NCBI GenBank assembly: GCA_041306185.1
Contig: JBFZFV010000060.1
Span: 1-46,531 of the forward strand
Reading direction: 5' to 3'
DNA length: 46,531 nucleotides
Origin: Candidatus Zixiibacteriota bacterium
Lineage (GTDB): Bacteria > Zixibacteria > MSB-5A5 > GN15 > PGXB01
How positions within the stretch are numbered: the first letter of the stretch is position 1; every line of letters begins with the position of its first letter. Below the pieces are notes generated by a model. The model did no database searches and was not told the DNA's origin. It saw only the letters and a program-made list of their open reading frames with translations. The position numbers and the translations under genes are program-made. Shown piece after piece: positions 27,454 through 36,670 of the stretch.

Positions 27454-29808
27454 ATGTGTTTCACAAAAACCCTGAAAGCATTTTCCCTCGCGGTTGCATT
27501 TTGTTTCTTGAATCCGATGTCGTCTCGGTGTACCGACAATTTTTCGTTCACTGACAAAGAAACGTTTAATCCGGAAGATATTTACTGGCAGGATGGGATG
27601 GGCATTCCGGGAGTGAATGGCGACGTCAATGCCATGATTGTCTATAAAGGCAACCTGATCGTCGGGGGCAGTTTCAACATTGCAGGAAACGAAAGGGCCC
27701 AGAGCATTGCCATGTGGGACGGCCGGGAATGGAGATCTATAGGTGTAATCGAATATTCGGCCGAGGACAATTGGGGGGTTGTTTTTTCATTTACTGAACA
27801 CAAAGGTAACCTAATCGTGGGCGGGACCTTTGGAATCGCCGGCGGAATTGAATGCCGGAATATAGCATCATGGAACGGGAAGGAATGGTCACCGGTTGGT
27901 GGCGGAGTCGATAAAGAAGTCCGGGCTTTGACTGTATACAAAGGCCAGTTGATTGCCGGCGGCTATTTTGGTGAAGCAGGCGGCGTCGCAGCCAATAATA
28001 TTGCGGCCTGGGAAGGGACAAATTGGCGTCCGCTCCAAGTCGGGACCAATAATCATGTGATGTCGTTAATGGTGTACAATGACATGCTCATTGCCGGAGG
28101 TTCCTTCGATAGCGCGGGCAATATTCCAGCCGAATACATTGCTGCATGGGATGGCGAAGTTTGGAATACGCTCAATTCGGAATTCGATCTTACCGTCTAT
28201 GCGCTGGAAACGTATAAGGGCTGTCTTGTTGCCGGAGGAATATTTTCCGGGGGTATTGCTCAATGGGACGGTAAGACCTGGTCCTATCTGCAATCCGATT
28301 CCGGTGTTGCAGTTCAAACCTTGTGTAAGTTCGACGGAGAATTGACTGTCGGGGGGTATTTCAGTCAAATCGGAGAAATAGCAGCAAATAAAGTGGCGTC
28401 GTGGAATGGGCATAGATGGAAGGCACTGGGGAATATTGCTGCCGTTTTCGTTTGGGATTTGGAGGTATATGACGGGGAATTGATTTGCGGCAGCGGCTTG
28501 ACTCGTGGGCCGTATTGCTGGGACGGGGAAAACTGGGAGCAAATGGGTGACGGTATCAATGAACGGGTCACGCAGTTTTTCGAATACAACGGAAATTTAA
28601 TCGTCGCCGGATGGTTTACTCATATTGGCAATATAAAAGCGAATGGAATTGCGTTATGGAATGGCGAGGAATGGCTTGCCATGGGTAAAGGACTTAATGG
28701 TGATACCAGAGCCCTGGCCGTTTTCAAAGACACCCTGATAGCCGGCGGAAGATACTACGATTATGATCCTAATGAATATTGGTATCTTTCCAAATGGGAC
28801 GGCGAATCATGGGTAAAGATTGAAACTGCGCTTGATGGTCAGGTGAACGCCCTTACGGTATATAATGATCGATTGATTATCGGCGGAAGATTCAATACGG
28901 CAGGAATAGAAGATACTCGCGGCATAGTCTCATGGGACGGTAATGAATGGTTTCCGCTTGGGAGCGGTCTTGACGGGCGCGATTTATTTGAGTTGTATGT
29001 CTATGGCGGTGATTTGATCGCGGCGGGAAGTTATATATTTCAATCACCATCAAACGCGCGGGTGATAGCGAAATGGAATGGAGTCGAGTGGTCAGCGATG
29101 GGAATCTATCCGTTTAGTCCGAAATTAAAAGTTAGAGCCCTCACTGAATTTGAAGGAAATCTGATTGCGTGCGGAAATTTGGAGCAATCCATTGCTCATA
29201 CGACTGAATTGAAATCCTGGGATGGAACCGATTGGAATTTTATCGACTATCTGGATACAGCCGAGGTATTAACTGCCGGTGTCTTTGACGATCATCTGGT
29301 TATTGGAGGGGATTTCGATCTCACCGAACGCAGCGTTAAGGACAACCTGTTGTCATGGGAGAATGGAGAATGGGAAAAATTCGGCTCCGGCCTAAATGGT
29401 TATGTTAGGACATTTTTTACCTATCAGGATAAATTGTATGTCGGTGGTAATTTTACGACCGCCGGGGATAAGGTCTCGCCATACCTTGCGGTATGGACCA
29501 AGCAGCCGACCGATATCGATGACGAAAGTACCCCGGTTCTGCCTCGGGAATTCGCGCTGAATCAAAATTACCCTAACCCCTTCAACCCCACTACGAGAAT
29601 TTCGTTTTCACTTCCGGTGCGGGGTCATGTGACGCTCAGCGTCTACAATATCATGGGGCAGAAGGTGGCGACGCTTGCTGATGGAGTATTCGGAGCCGGG
29701 ACTCACGATGTTACCTGGGATGCCTCGGAATTTTCCAGCGGAATATATTTTTGCCGCCTGGCCGTCGGAGACTTCGAACAAACCCGGAAGATGGTGCTGG
29801 TGAAGTAG
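27454..29808 (+). CDS. Secreted 14-repeat Kelch-like beta-propeller protein with a T9SS C-terminal sorting domain.
   Basis: Signal peptide. Fourteen repeats of about 47 aa with consensus G.N..V.AL.VY.G.LI.GG.F..AG....N.IA.WDG..W..LG. The C-terminal 85 aa (29551-29805) are QNYPNPFNPTTRISF...SGIYFCRL...RKMVLVK, a type-A T9SS CTD. Confidence 0.85.
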   Translation: MCFTKTLKAFSLAVAFCFLNPMSSRCTDNFSFTDKETFNPEDIYWQDGMGIPGVNGDVNAMIVYKGNLIVGGSFNIAGNERAQSIAMWDGREWRSIGVIEYSAEDNWGVVFSFTEHKGNLIVGGTFGIAGGIECRNIASWNGKEWSPVGGGVDKEVRALTVYKGQLIAGGYFGEAGGVAANNIAAWEGTNWRPLQVGTNNHVMSLMVYNDMLIAGGSFDSAGNIPAEYIAAWDGEVWNTLNSEFDLTVYALETYKGCLVAGGIFSGGIAQWDGKTWSYLQSDSGVAVQTLCKFDGELTVGGYFSQIGEIAANKVASWNGHRWKALGNIAAVFVWDLEVYDGELICGSGLTRGPYCWDGENWEQMGDGINERVTQFFEYNGNLIVAGWFTHIGNIKANGIALWNGEEWLAMGKGLNGDTRALAVFKDTLIAGGRYYDYDPNEYWYLSKWDGESWVKIETALDGQVNALTVYNDRLIIGGRFNTAGIEDTRGIVSWDGNEWFPLGSGLDGRDLFELYVYGGDLIAAGSYIFQSPSNARVIAKWNGVEWSAMGIYPFSPKLKVRALTEFEGNLIACGNLEQSIAHTTELKSWDGTDWNFIDYLDTAEVLTAGVFDDHLVIGGDFDLTERSVKDNLLSWENGEWEKFGSGLNGYVRTFFTYQDKLYVGGNFTTAGDKVSPYLAVWTKQPTDIDDESTPVLPREFALNQNYPNPFNPTTRISFSLPVRGHVTLSVYNIMGQKVATLADGVFGAGTHDVTWDASEFSSGIYFCRLAVGDFEQTRKMVLVK
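27570..29500 (+). repeat. Array of 14 tandem Kelch-like repeats of about 140 nt each (protein-coding).
   Basis: The W(D/N)G..W...G motif recurs 14 times at about 47-aa spacing. Approximate coordinates. Confidence 0.6.
29551..29805 (+). other. T9SS type-A C-terminal sorting domain (Por_Secre_tail-like) of the Kelch propeller protein.
   Basis: NYPNPFNP...L.VYN..GQ.V.....G....G.H.V.WD....SGIYF.R....KMVLVK at the extreme C-terminus. Confidence 0.8.
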
Positions 29809-29837
29809 CACAGGCTTAAGCATATGTAACCAATTAA

Positions 29838-29865
29838 GGGCGGGCCAATTATCCGCCCTTTTTTT
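29838..29865 (+). terminator. Rho-independent terminator.
   Basis: GGGCGG-gccaattat-CCGCCC followed by ttttttt. Confidence 0.75.
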
Positions 29866-30017
29866 ATGGTTCCGTTGTCCTCACTATGATTGTTTATATA
29901 TAAACCACTGTCCTGATATCAATTGACAAGTTTTGTTGTTTAATCTTTCTTTATCCAGATCATTTGGCATCAGTCGTTAATCTTCTAAACCAAAACTTTT
30001 TAAACTGGAGGAGTACT

Positions 30018-31619
30018 ATGTGCAGGTCGCTTAAGGTGTTTTGTGCACTGGTAGCGCTGGGCTTTGCTTTCATTTGTGCTATTGCTGTTGATGCCGAAAA
30101 CGGTGCCAGCGGACAAGCAATCCCGGTCAATCATTCATATAATTCGGTTGATTCCAGGTACGATGGATTGGTCGGGTACTGGAATTTCGATGAAGGTATT
30201 GGCGATATGGCCTATGACCACAGCGGAAATAACAATAACGGAATTTTGCGGAACGGGCCCGGCTGGGCCGCGGGTATTTCAGGGCATTGCCTGGAATTCG
30301 ATGGGATCGACGACTTCGTGGAAATCCTCGATGCCCCAGGACTGGATATTAGTGGAACTGAAATTACCTTCACGGCGTGGGTAAAATCTCCGGCATATCA
30401 TGATTTAGGCTGGATCATGGGAAAGGGGCGGGCAGGTGACTGGAATGAAATGGTCTGGTGGCTACTACCCAGAAGCAATGGTTCCGTCCGATATGCCATT
30501 AAATCAGGAGGATCGACAATCGAGCAACTGGATATTCCGGTCGGTTTGACTCCGGAAGTCTGGCATCATGTCGGGGTAGTGTACGACGGGTCATATATGC
30601 GATTTTACATCGACGGCAGTGAGGCCGATAATGCTCCGAAAACCGGAAACCTGAATACGAACGACGCCTCGATCATCATCGGTTGGGACGCCTGGGCTTT
30701 ATCGAACTACTATTTTGGATCGATCGACGAGGTGAAAATATATTCCAGGGCCCTATCTCCCTCCGAAATGGAAAGCGAATACAGACTGAATATGCCGGCA
30801 CTTTATCTCAATTTTGATGAAGCATCCGGCGATATCGCTTTCGATCAAAGTGGTAACGGAAATAACGGAACTCTGACCGGCGGGACAACCAGGGCATCTG
30901 GTATATCAGGGAGGGCCGCTCAATTTGACGGTATCGACGATTATGTGATTATCCCGGATGCGGTCAGTCTTGACATTTCGGGATATGAAATCACCTTTAT
31001 GGCCTGGGTATATTCCTCGCACTATAATGATTATGGCTATATCATGGGCAAAGGAGAAGTCGGTCCCTGGGAAAATATGGTTTGGTGGCTTTTACCCAGA
31101 ACCAGCGGCGCCGTACGCTACGCCATTAAGTCGGGTGGATCGACCATAGAACAACTGGAAATTCCGGCAGGGCTGACAACCAATGTATGGCATCACACAG
31201 CGGTGGTGTATGACGGTTCCGAAATGAAATTTTTCCTCGACGGTGTCCAGAAAGATTCCGCCCCGAAAACCGGGTTGCTGGATGTAAACGACGCGCCTAT
31301 TTACATGGGTTTGGATGCCTGGAATCCGAGCCACCATTACCTGGGATTGATTGATGAAGCAAAGGTTTTTGCGGCGGCATATCCGGAAATAAAACTAAGA
31401 GAGCATTTTTTTCAGAAAAGATGCGGCGATCTGGACGGAAACGGCATTATCAACATTCTCGATATCATAGATCTCGTAAATTATAAGTTCAAAGGGGGAC
31501 CGGCTCCGGAAGACTTGGGGGTGGCCGATTGTGATGGAAATGGAAGCCTGAACGTTCTTGATATAGTAATGATGGTGAATTATAAATTCAAGGGAGGCAC
31601 GAGGCCGGTCTGCATGTGA
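30018..31619 (+). CDS. Secreted protein with two tandem LamG/ConA-like lectin domains (Laminin_G_3-like) and a C-terminal type-I dockerin. No T9SS CTD.
   Basis: GGAGGA RBS and signal peptide (MCRSLKVFCALVALGFAFICAIA). Two copies of about 205 aa each with L.GYWNFDEG.GD.A.D.SGN.NNG...G and WHH..VVYDGS. The C-terminus (31419-31616) is DLDGNGIINILDIIDLVNYKFKGG + DCDGNGSLNVLDIVMMVNYKFKGG, two Ca-binding-loop segments. Track start 29964 is less likely. Confidence 0.85.
   Translation: MCRSLKVFCALVALGFAFICAIAVDAENGASGQAIPVNHSYNSVDSRYDGLVGYWNFDEGIGDMAYDHSGNNNNGILRNGPGWAAGISGHCLEFDGIDDFVEILDAPGLDISGTEITFTAWVKSPAYHDLGWIMGKGRAGDWNEMVWWLLPRSNGSVRYAIKSGGSTIEQLDIPVGLTPEVWHHVGVVYDGSYMRFYIDGSEADNAPKTGNLNTNDASIIIGWDAWALSNYYFGSIDEVKIYSRALSPSEMESEYRLNMPALYLNFDEASGDIAFDQSGNGNNGTLTGGTTRASGISGRAAQFDGIDDYVIIPDAVSLDISGYEITFMAWVYSSHYNDYGYIMGKGEVGPWENMVWWLLPRTSGAVRYAIKSGGSTIEQLEIPAGLTTNVWHHTAVVYDGSEMKFFLDGVQKDSAPKTGLLDVNDAPIYMGLDAWNPSHHYLGLIDEAKVFAAAYPEIKLREHFFQKRCGDLDGNGIINILDIIDLVNYKFKGGPAPEDLGVADCDGNGSLNVLDIVMMVNYKFKGGTRPVCM
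30170..31400 (+). repeat. Tandem duplication of the LamG-like domain (two copies of about 620 nt, roughly 60% aa identity).
   Basis: Motifs FDGIDD[FY]V, ITF[TM]AWV, MGKG..G.W.NMVWWLLPR, RYAIKSGGSTIEQL[DE]IP.GLT..VWHH.[GA]VVYDGS are collinear between residues about 55-265 and 265-470. Confidence 0.7.
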
Positions 31620-31663
31620 TTGACAGTTTGGCGGATCATTAAGCTAAATAGCTCGCTTTTAAA

Positions 31664-31700
31664 TAGCGTCGGGTATATTTACCGACGCTATTATTTTCTT
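31664..31700 (+). terminator. Hairpin plus T-rich tail after the LamG-dockerin gene. Member of the GCGTC(R)GG hairpin family.
   Basis: TAGCGTCGG-gtatattta-CCGACGCTA followed by ttattttctt. Confidence 0.6.
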
Positions 31701-31765
31701 GCCCTCGTGAAGTCGCGTATCTTATTATTAATAAAGGATATTTATATCTCACAAAGGAGTCAGGG

Positions 31766-32392
31766 ATGATTGAGGGATACAGGTTATCGAAACTGCCGAA
31801 ATACGGCAAAACATTCGTCGCGGCGTTTGCACTATTACTGATCGGAGTGGTCCTCTGGATGGTTTTCCTCGGGGCCATGGAATCCGGCATGATCGGAACC
31901 TCCGATGAACTTGCCGGAAGCGACATCATTCAGGAAGGAGCCCATCAGGGAGAAGTGGAAATTCCTGAAGAAGAAGCGATCGAACCGCTGATAGAAGATT
32001 CCGAACTGGTGACCGCTCCGAACTGGTCCGATTCCGGGGAACAGCGGGTAATCACCGAGGCCGATACCTCCGCTTTCCTCGACACCGAACCGGCGGTGCC
32101 GTTCCGGGATGCTTTCGAAAGCAACCTGGAATGGTCGATGGAACATTTTGCGTCGGAGCTTTTGCTCTTTTTCGCGGCCGGGCTGTTGTTTCTGTTCACC
32201 GGTTATTCCGATAGGCTCAAGCGGTTTTTGTATATCTGGCTGGGGATTTTGATTTTCGTTCACGCCATCGGGATGGCCGGAATGGGTTTCTGCTGGCCGG
32301 CGAATGCCATCATGTACGTGGTCGGGCCGCTGATCCTGTTGACTTTCCTGGTCATGGCGGTGATGATTTTGAAAGACCTCGGCCGTAATTAG
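31766..32392 (+). CDS. Hypothetical membrane protein (1 N-terminal + 2 C-terminal TM helices, acidic middle).
   Basis: AAAGGAG RBS, 208 aa, clear TM segments. Confidence 0.6.
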   Translation: MIEGYRLSKLPKYGKTFVAAFALLLIGVVLWMVFLGAMESGMIGTSDELAGSDIIQEGAHQGEVEIPEEEAIEPLIEDSELVTAPNWSDSGEQRVITEADTSAFLDTEPAVPFRDAFESNLEWSMEHFASELLLFFAAGLLFLFTGYSDRLKRFLYIWLGILIFVHAIGMAGMGFCWPANAIMYVVGPLILLTFLVMAVMILKDLGRN

Positions 32393-32512
32393 ATTTTCAT
32401 CTCGCCCTGATAATCCGGCTATTGAAAAAGGGGTATCGGGCCGATACTTAATTTATAGGGCTTGAGGCCCAAATATGTCAGCCAAACTCGCAACCGGGAG
32501 CCGGACAGGAAG

Positions 32513-32773
32513 ATGAAAGAGAAATTTGTCACGCTGTTTATTCGCGCCTTGAAAGAGGGGGATTACGACGAAATCGAACGCCTCCTCGAATACATGAACA
32601 ACCACAAAGACCATTATGCCGCCATCGCGCGGGAAATGGGTGACGACGATTTCGACCGGCTCGAAGAAGCCTACCAGTTTGGAGCCCGGAAGAAGGGGTT
32701 CTTCAACGATGCTCAGCGGGACAAAATAATCCGGTTCACCAAGGGGCTGGAAAAAGCATCATACGCGTATTAG
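32513..32773 (+). CDS. Small hypothetical protein. Alternative start at 32462.
   Basis: 86-103 aa open frame of helical, charged composition (EIERLLEYMNNHKDHYAAIAREMGDDDFDRLEEAYQFG). Confidence 0.4.
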   Translation: MKEKFVTLFIRALKEGDYDEIERLLEYMNNHKDHYAAIAREMGDDDFDRLEEAYQFGARKKGFFNDAQRDKIIRFTKGLEKASYAY

Positions 32774-32806
32774 GATTTAAGACAGTTCCAATTTCTTATT
32801 GGGAAT

Positions 32807-32849
32807 GCGTCAGGTCACCGCTCGCAAAGCCTCGCTAAGGACCTGACGC
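32807..32849 (+). repeat. Intergenic hairpin element, copy A of the GCGTC(R)GGTCAC...GACC(Y)GACGCAACT family.
   Basis: GCGTCAGGTC - 23-nt loop - GACCTGACGC, a perfect 10-bp stem with no U tail. The flanks GGTCAC and GCAACT are shared with copy B. Confidence 0.6.
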
Positions 32850-32908
32850 AACTTCAAATACCCAAATATTTTTCAGCTTAACGAGCCTCAATTGAGTATT
32901 ATATCTAT

Positions 32909-33805
32909 ATGGCGACCGATTACCGCAGATACCTCGATCCCGAAATCGTCGGCAAACTGAAAGGGATGGAACTCCGCGCCCGGATGGTAGTGGAGGGATT
33001 CATCGCCGGGCTGCATAAGTCTCCGTACCACGGCTTTTCGGTGGAATTCGCCGAACATCGTCAATACATGCCGGGAGACAACATCCGGAATATCGACTGG
33101 AAAGTTTTCGCCAAGTCTGACCGCTACTATATCAAGCAGTACGAAGAAGAAACCAATCTGAAAGGCTATCTCCTATTGGACTGCTCGGCCTCGATGGGTT
33201 ACACTTCCGGCGGGACGGTCAAGCTGGAATATGCTTCGCTCCTGGCGGCATCACTGTCGTTCATGATGCTGAAACAGCGGGATGCGGTGGGACTGGTGAC
33301 CTTCGATGAAAAGATTCGGCGCTATATTCCTCCGCGGTCGAAATCGGGGCATATCCATGTGATGCTTCAGGAACTGGCCAACCAGAAAGCCTCGGACAAG
33401 ACCGACATCGCTTCGGCTCTCCACGAAATGGCGGAACGGATTTCCCGCCGGGGGCTGGTGGTTATCTTCTCGGATTTACTCGACGACCCTCACGAAATAA
33501 TATCGGGGTTGAAGCATTTCCGGCATAAGAAGCACGAAGTCATTCTTTTTCATATCCTCGATCCCCGCGAGCGGGATTTCGCTTTCCCGCAGGAAGCGAT
33601 TTTCAAGGATTTGGAAACCGGCGAAGAACTGACCACCCTTCCGTGGCAGATCCGCAAACACTTCAAAGAAGCAACCGAGGCTTTTTCATCCCGGATTGCC
33701 GCGGAATGCCGGCAGAGTCGGATCGATTATCACCTCATCGACACTTCGATGCCGTTCGACAAAGCCCTCTACGCCTTCCTGGCCAAACGGGAACGGCTGT
33801 ATTGA
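32909..33805 (+). CDS. DUF58 (vWA-like) protein. The usual MoxR partner.
   Basis: YHGFSVEFAEHRQYMPGDNIRNIDWKVFAKSDRYYIKQYEEE DUF58 signature. Confidence 0.85.
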   Translation: MATDYRRYLDPEIVGKLKGMELRARMVVEGFIAGLHKSPYHGFSVEFAEHRQYMPGDNIRNIDWKVFAKSDRYYIKQYEEETNLKGYLLLDCSASMGYTSGGTVKLEYASLLAASLSFMMLKQRDAVGLVTFDEKIRRYIPPRSKSGHIHVMLQELANQKASDKTDIASALHEMAERISRRGLVVIFSDLLDDPHEIISGLKHFRHKKHEVILFHILDPRERDFAFPQEAIFKDLETGEELTTLPWQIRKHFKEATEAFSSRIAAECRQSRIDYHLIDTSMPFDKALYAFLAKRERLY

Positions 33806-33924
33806 TATATTAAATCTTTCCATTATTTCGAATTTCCTTGACCCCTTTCCGAACAAAACCTATATAAGTCCTTGCTTGAAATTGAAATATACCCTAACCC
33901 AAAACTAACCGACGGAGTGTAAAT

Positions 33925-34197
33925 TTGGCTATGAAGAGAACTTGCTTTTTATATATATTTTCGGCCGCCTTTGCGGCCTGCATGGGGCTGGCCTTTATGA
34001 CCGGTTGCGGTTCGAATGACCCGAACGCGGAGGCTAAGAAGATTCTGGAGGACCGCTGCCAGATGTGTCATGATCTTCCGCAGAAGAACATGAAAGCCCC
34101 GGAAGAATGGAAGCCGTTTCTGGAAGGACATGCCGCCCGGGCCGAGCTGACTCAGGAACAGGTCGAAACCCTGGCGAAATATCTGGCCGCCAGATAA
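33925..34197 (+). CDS. Small lipoprotein mono-heme c-type cytochrome.
   Basis: Lipobox LAFMTGCGS and a single CxxCH (RCQMCHD), 90 aa. Confidence 0.6.
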   Translation: MAMKRTCFLYIFSAAFAACMGLAFMTGCGSNDPNAEAKKILEDRCQMCHDLPQKNMKAPEEWKPFLEGHAARAELTQEQVETLAKYLAAR

Positions 34198-34263
34198 TTT
34201 TATGGGAACCAACTTAACTGCCGCAGGTAGAATGGTGAAGCGGACGGGGACGGGACAATCATC

Positions 34264-36663
34264 GTGACCAAGTATTCATTACGCAGTCTTTATACGGCTT
34301 TGCTGATGGTGCTGATTTTCGGCGCAGTCGGTAAGGCCGCTGTTCTTGAGGGGACAGTCCGGGACTTGGATTCCGGCGACCCGATTCCACAGGCGACCAT
34401 TCGCGTTCTCAACACCGGCCTGACCGCCATGGCCAACGACGACGGCCGCTACCGGCTCAAACTCAAGCCGGGATTATATAACCTCAAGTTCAGCCATATC
34501 GCGCATTATTCCGGAACCGAATATGTCAATATCCCCGAAGGGGATACCACTGTGATACTCGATATCGGCCTCAAGCCAAGCACGATTATCCTGAAAAAAA
34601 TCACCGCTTATTCCAAACGGTACGGGCCGGGCGAAAGAATCATCCTCGAAGCCATCAAACGGAAACAGGAAATACTCGACAAGCTGAAATCGTACACCTT
34701 CGATGCTTACAGCAAAGTGGTGGCATCGGACCACAGCAAATCCGCCGAAGAAATCCTGGTTATCCTCGAAAGCCAGGTACAGGCATACTGGCAAAAGCCG
34801 AACGATTTCAAGGAAGTGATCCTGGCCCGAAGACAGACGGCCAATATCGATGCCGCAGAGAACCTTCTGTCGGTAGGGCAGCTTTTAAATTTTAACCAGA
34901 ATCGTCTCGACCTGGGGAGGTACAATGTCGTATCTCCGACCGCCGAGGATGCCCTGGATCATTACAATTATTATCTGGCAGATACCTTGTACTTCGATGG
35001 CGCCCCGGTATTCCGGCTGGAAATCGAACCGAAGAACGAAACCGAGCCCCTTTTCGCCGGGACGATCGACATCGCCGACAGCACCTATGAAGTGGTGGGG
35101 GTCGACGTGACCTTCAGCAAAGGATTCGATACCCGGTTCATGAAAGATATCCGCTATACCCAGACTTATGCCGAATTCCAGAACGAAATCTGGATGCCGG
35201 TCGAAATCCGCTTCACGGCGCTATTGAAACTCGGCATTCCGGCCTTCCCGGATATCGATGTCGATTACGCGGCAACCCTGCACAATTACACTTTCACGGT
35301 CGAAGAACCGGAGAGGGTCTTTGACGGCTACGTTATCGAAGTCGCTCCGGACGCCGACGCCGCCGACACTTTGATCTGGGCCAGGGCGCAAATCACTCCG
35401 TTAACCGAATATGAGAAATCCGAGTACAATCGGATTGATTCGGTTGAAAATGCTCCGAAACCGCTGGCCCAGCAAGCCCTGATATATGGGCTGGGTGCGG
35501 TTTTCGTGGCGATGTTCGAGCCGAGTATCTTCCATTTTAGCCGTGTTGAAGGAGCCTACCTGGGACTGCCGCTGGATTTCAAGTTCTTTAATGACCGGCT
35601 TACCACGAAACTGGAAACAGGCTATGCTTTCGACGCCAAGCTCTGGCAGCATCGCTACGGCCTGGAGTACCGGCTCAACAATATCCCGGAAGTCAGCATC
35701 GGCGGAGAATACCGCAAGCAGGTAACAAAAAGAACGGTCCTGCACCATCCTTTCGCCGACCTAAGTAACACCGCAGGAGCGCTGTACGATGGCCACGATC
35801 CGGACGACTACTACCTCAAGGAAGGCTTTACGCTCAATATAAAGGGCTCGCCCGTGCGCAAGACCAGGGTAGAATTGAGCTATAACGATTATCTGGAATC
35901 TTCACTGGCCAAAACCACCGATTTTACCCTTGACGACTGGTTCGATTCGGACAAGAACGATTCCATCGTGGACCATCGCGACAACCCTGCGATTATGGAC
36001 GGCCGGCTGCGGTCGGTCGGAGCCAATTTCAGCTGGGATAACCGTCCCCTGATAAAGGACAAAGGAATCGTGAAAAAACTCCCGATTACCGAATACACCG
36101 CGTTCGGACTCGGTATCGAAGTGGCCGACCCGGATTTAATCGACAACGATTTCGAATTCACCCGGATGACCGCAACGGCGTTTCGGCGGCAGCGGTTTTT
36201 CAACCTGGGGATAACCAATATTTTCGTCACGGCCGGGTGGTCCGATAAGTTCCTCCCTCCGCAGCACTATTTCACGCAGGATTTCGGAGAGGGCTTCATG
36301 ATTTCGCGCCTCCGCTTCAAGACCCTCGGAAACAAGACCTTTTTGGGCGACCGGGCGGTTTCGTTCTATGTCGATCATAATTTCGGGAGGACCCTCTTCA
36401 TGAAGAGCGGCATTCCGCTTGTGAAGGATATCCCCTTTTCGCTGGGCGTGCACGGCGGAGGATTCCTGACCCGGTTCGAACATCAGCCCGGAATCTTTTA
36501 TGACGAACATTACCTCGCGGCGAAGAACTGGTATCGGGAATTCGGGTTTTCGATTACCGGGATTACGATCTTCGATATCGGAGTCTATTTCACCTGGCAG
36601 TTATCGGATTATAATACTAACGATTTCTCGGTCAACATGAATATGGGGTTGCTGCAGTTTTAG
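34264..36663 (+). CDS. Large secreted protein with an N-terminal CarboxypepD_reg-like domain and a beta-rich body (DUF5686-like, Bacteroidota-type).
   Basis: Signal peptide, then VLEGTVRDLDSGDPIPQATIRVLNTGLTAMANDDGRYRLKLKPGLYNLKFSHIAHY; a long aromatic-rich C-terminal region ending GLLQF. Confidence 0.7.
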   Translation: MTKYSLRSLYTALLMVLIFGAVGKAAVLEGTVRDLDSGDPIPQATIRVLNTGLTAMANDDGRYRLKLKPGLYNLKFSHIAHYSGTEYVNIPEGDTTVILDIGLKPSTIILKKITAYSKRYGPGERIILEAIKRKQEILDKLKSYTFDAYSKVVASDHSKSAEEILVILESQVQAYWQKPNDFKEVILARRQTANIDAAENLLSVGQLLNFNQNRLDLGRYNVVSPTAEDALDHYNYYLADTLYFDGAPVFRLEIEPKNETEPLFAGTIDIADSTYEVVGVDVTFSKGFDTRFMKDIRYTQTYAEFQNEIWMPVEIRFTALLKLGIPAFPDIDVDYAATLHNYTFTVEEPERVFDGYVIEVAPDADAADTLIWARAQITPLTEYEKSEYNRIDSVENAPKPLAQQALIYGLGAVFVAMFEPSIFHFSRVEGAYLGLPLDFKFFNDRLTTKLETGYAFDAKLWQHRYGLEYRLNNIPEVSIGGEYRKQVTKRTVLHHPFADLSNTAGALYDGHDPDDYYLKEGFTLNIKGSPVRKTRVELSYNDYLESSLAKTTDFTLDDWFDSDKNDSIVDHRDNPAIMDGRLRSVGANFSWDNRPLIKDKGIVKKLPITEYTAFGLGIEVADPDLIDNDFEFTRMTATAFRRQRFFNLGITNIFVTAGWSDKFLPPQHYFTQDFGEGFMISRLRFKTLGNKTFLGDRAVSFYVDHNFGRTLFMKSGIPLVKDIPFSLGVHGGGFLTRFEHQPGIFYDEHYLAAKNWYREFGFSITGITIFDIGVYFTWQLSDYNTNDFSVNMNMGLLQF

Positions 36664-36670
36664 GTTTGAG

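Noticed and set aside
31639-31929. 96-aa minus-strand ORF between the LamG-dockerin gene and the 31766 gene.
   Set aside because: It overlaps the terminator hairpin and the start of a better-supported + strand gene with an AAAGGAG RBS. Likely spurious.
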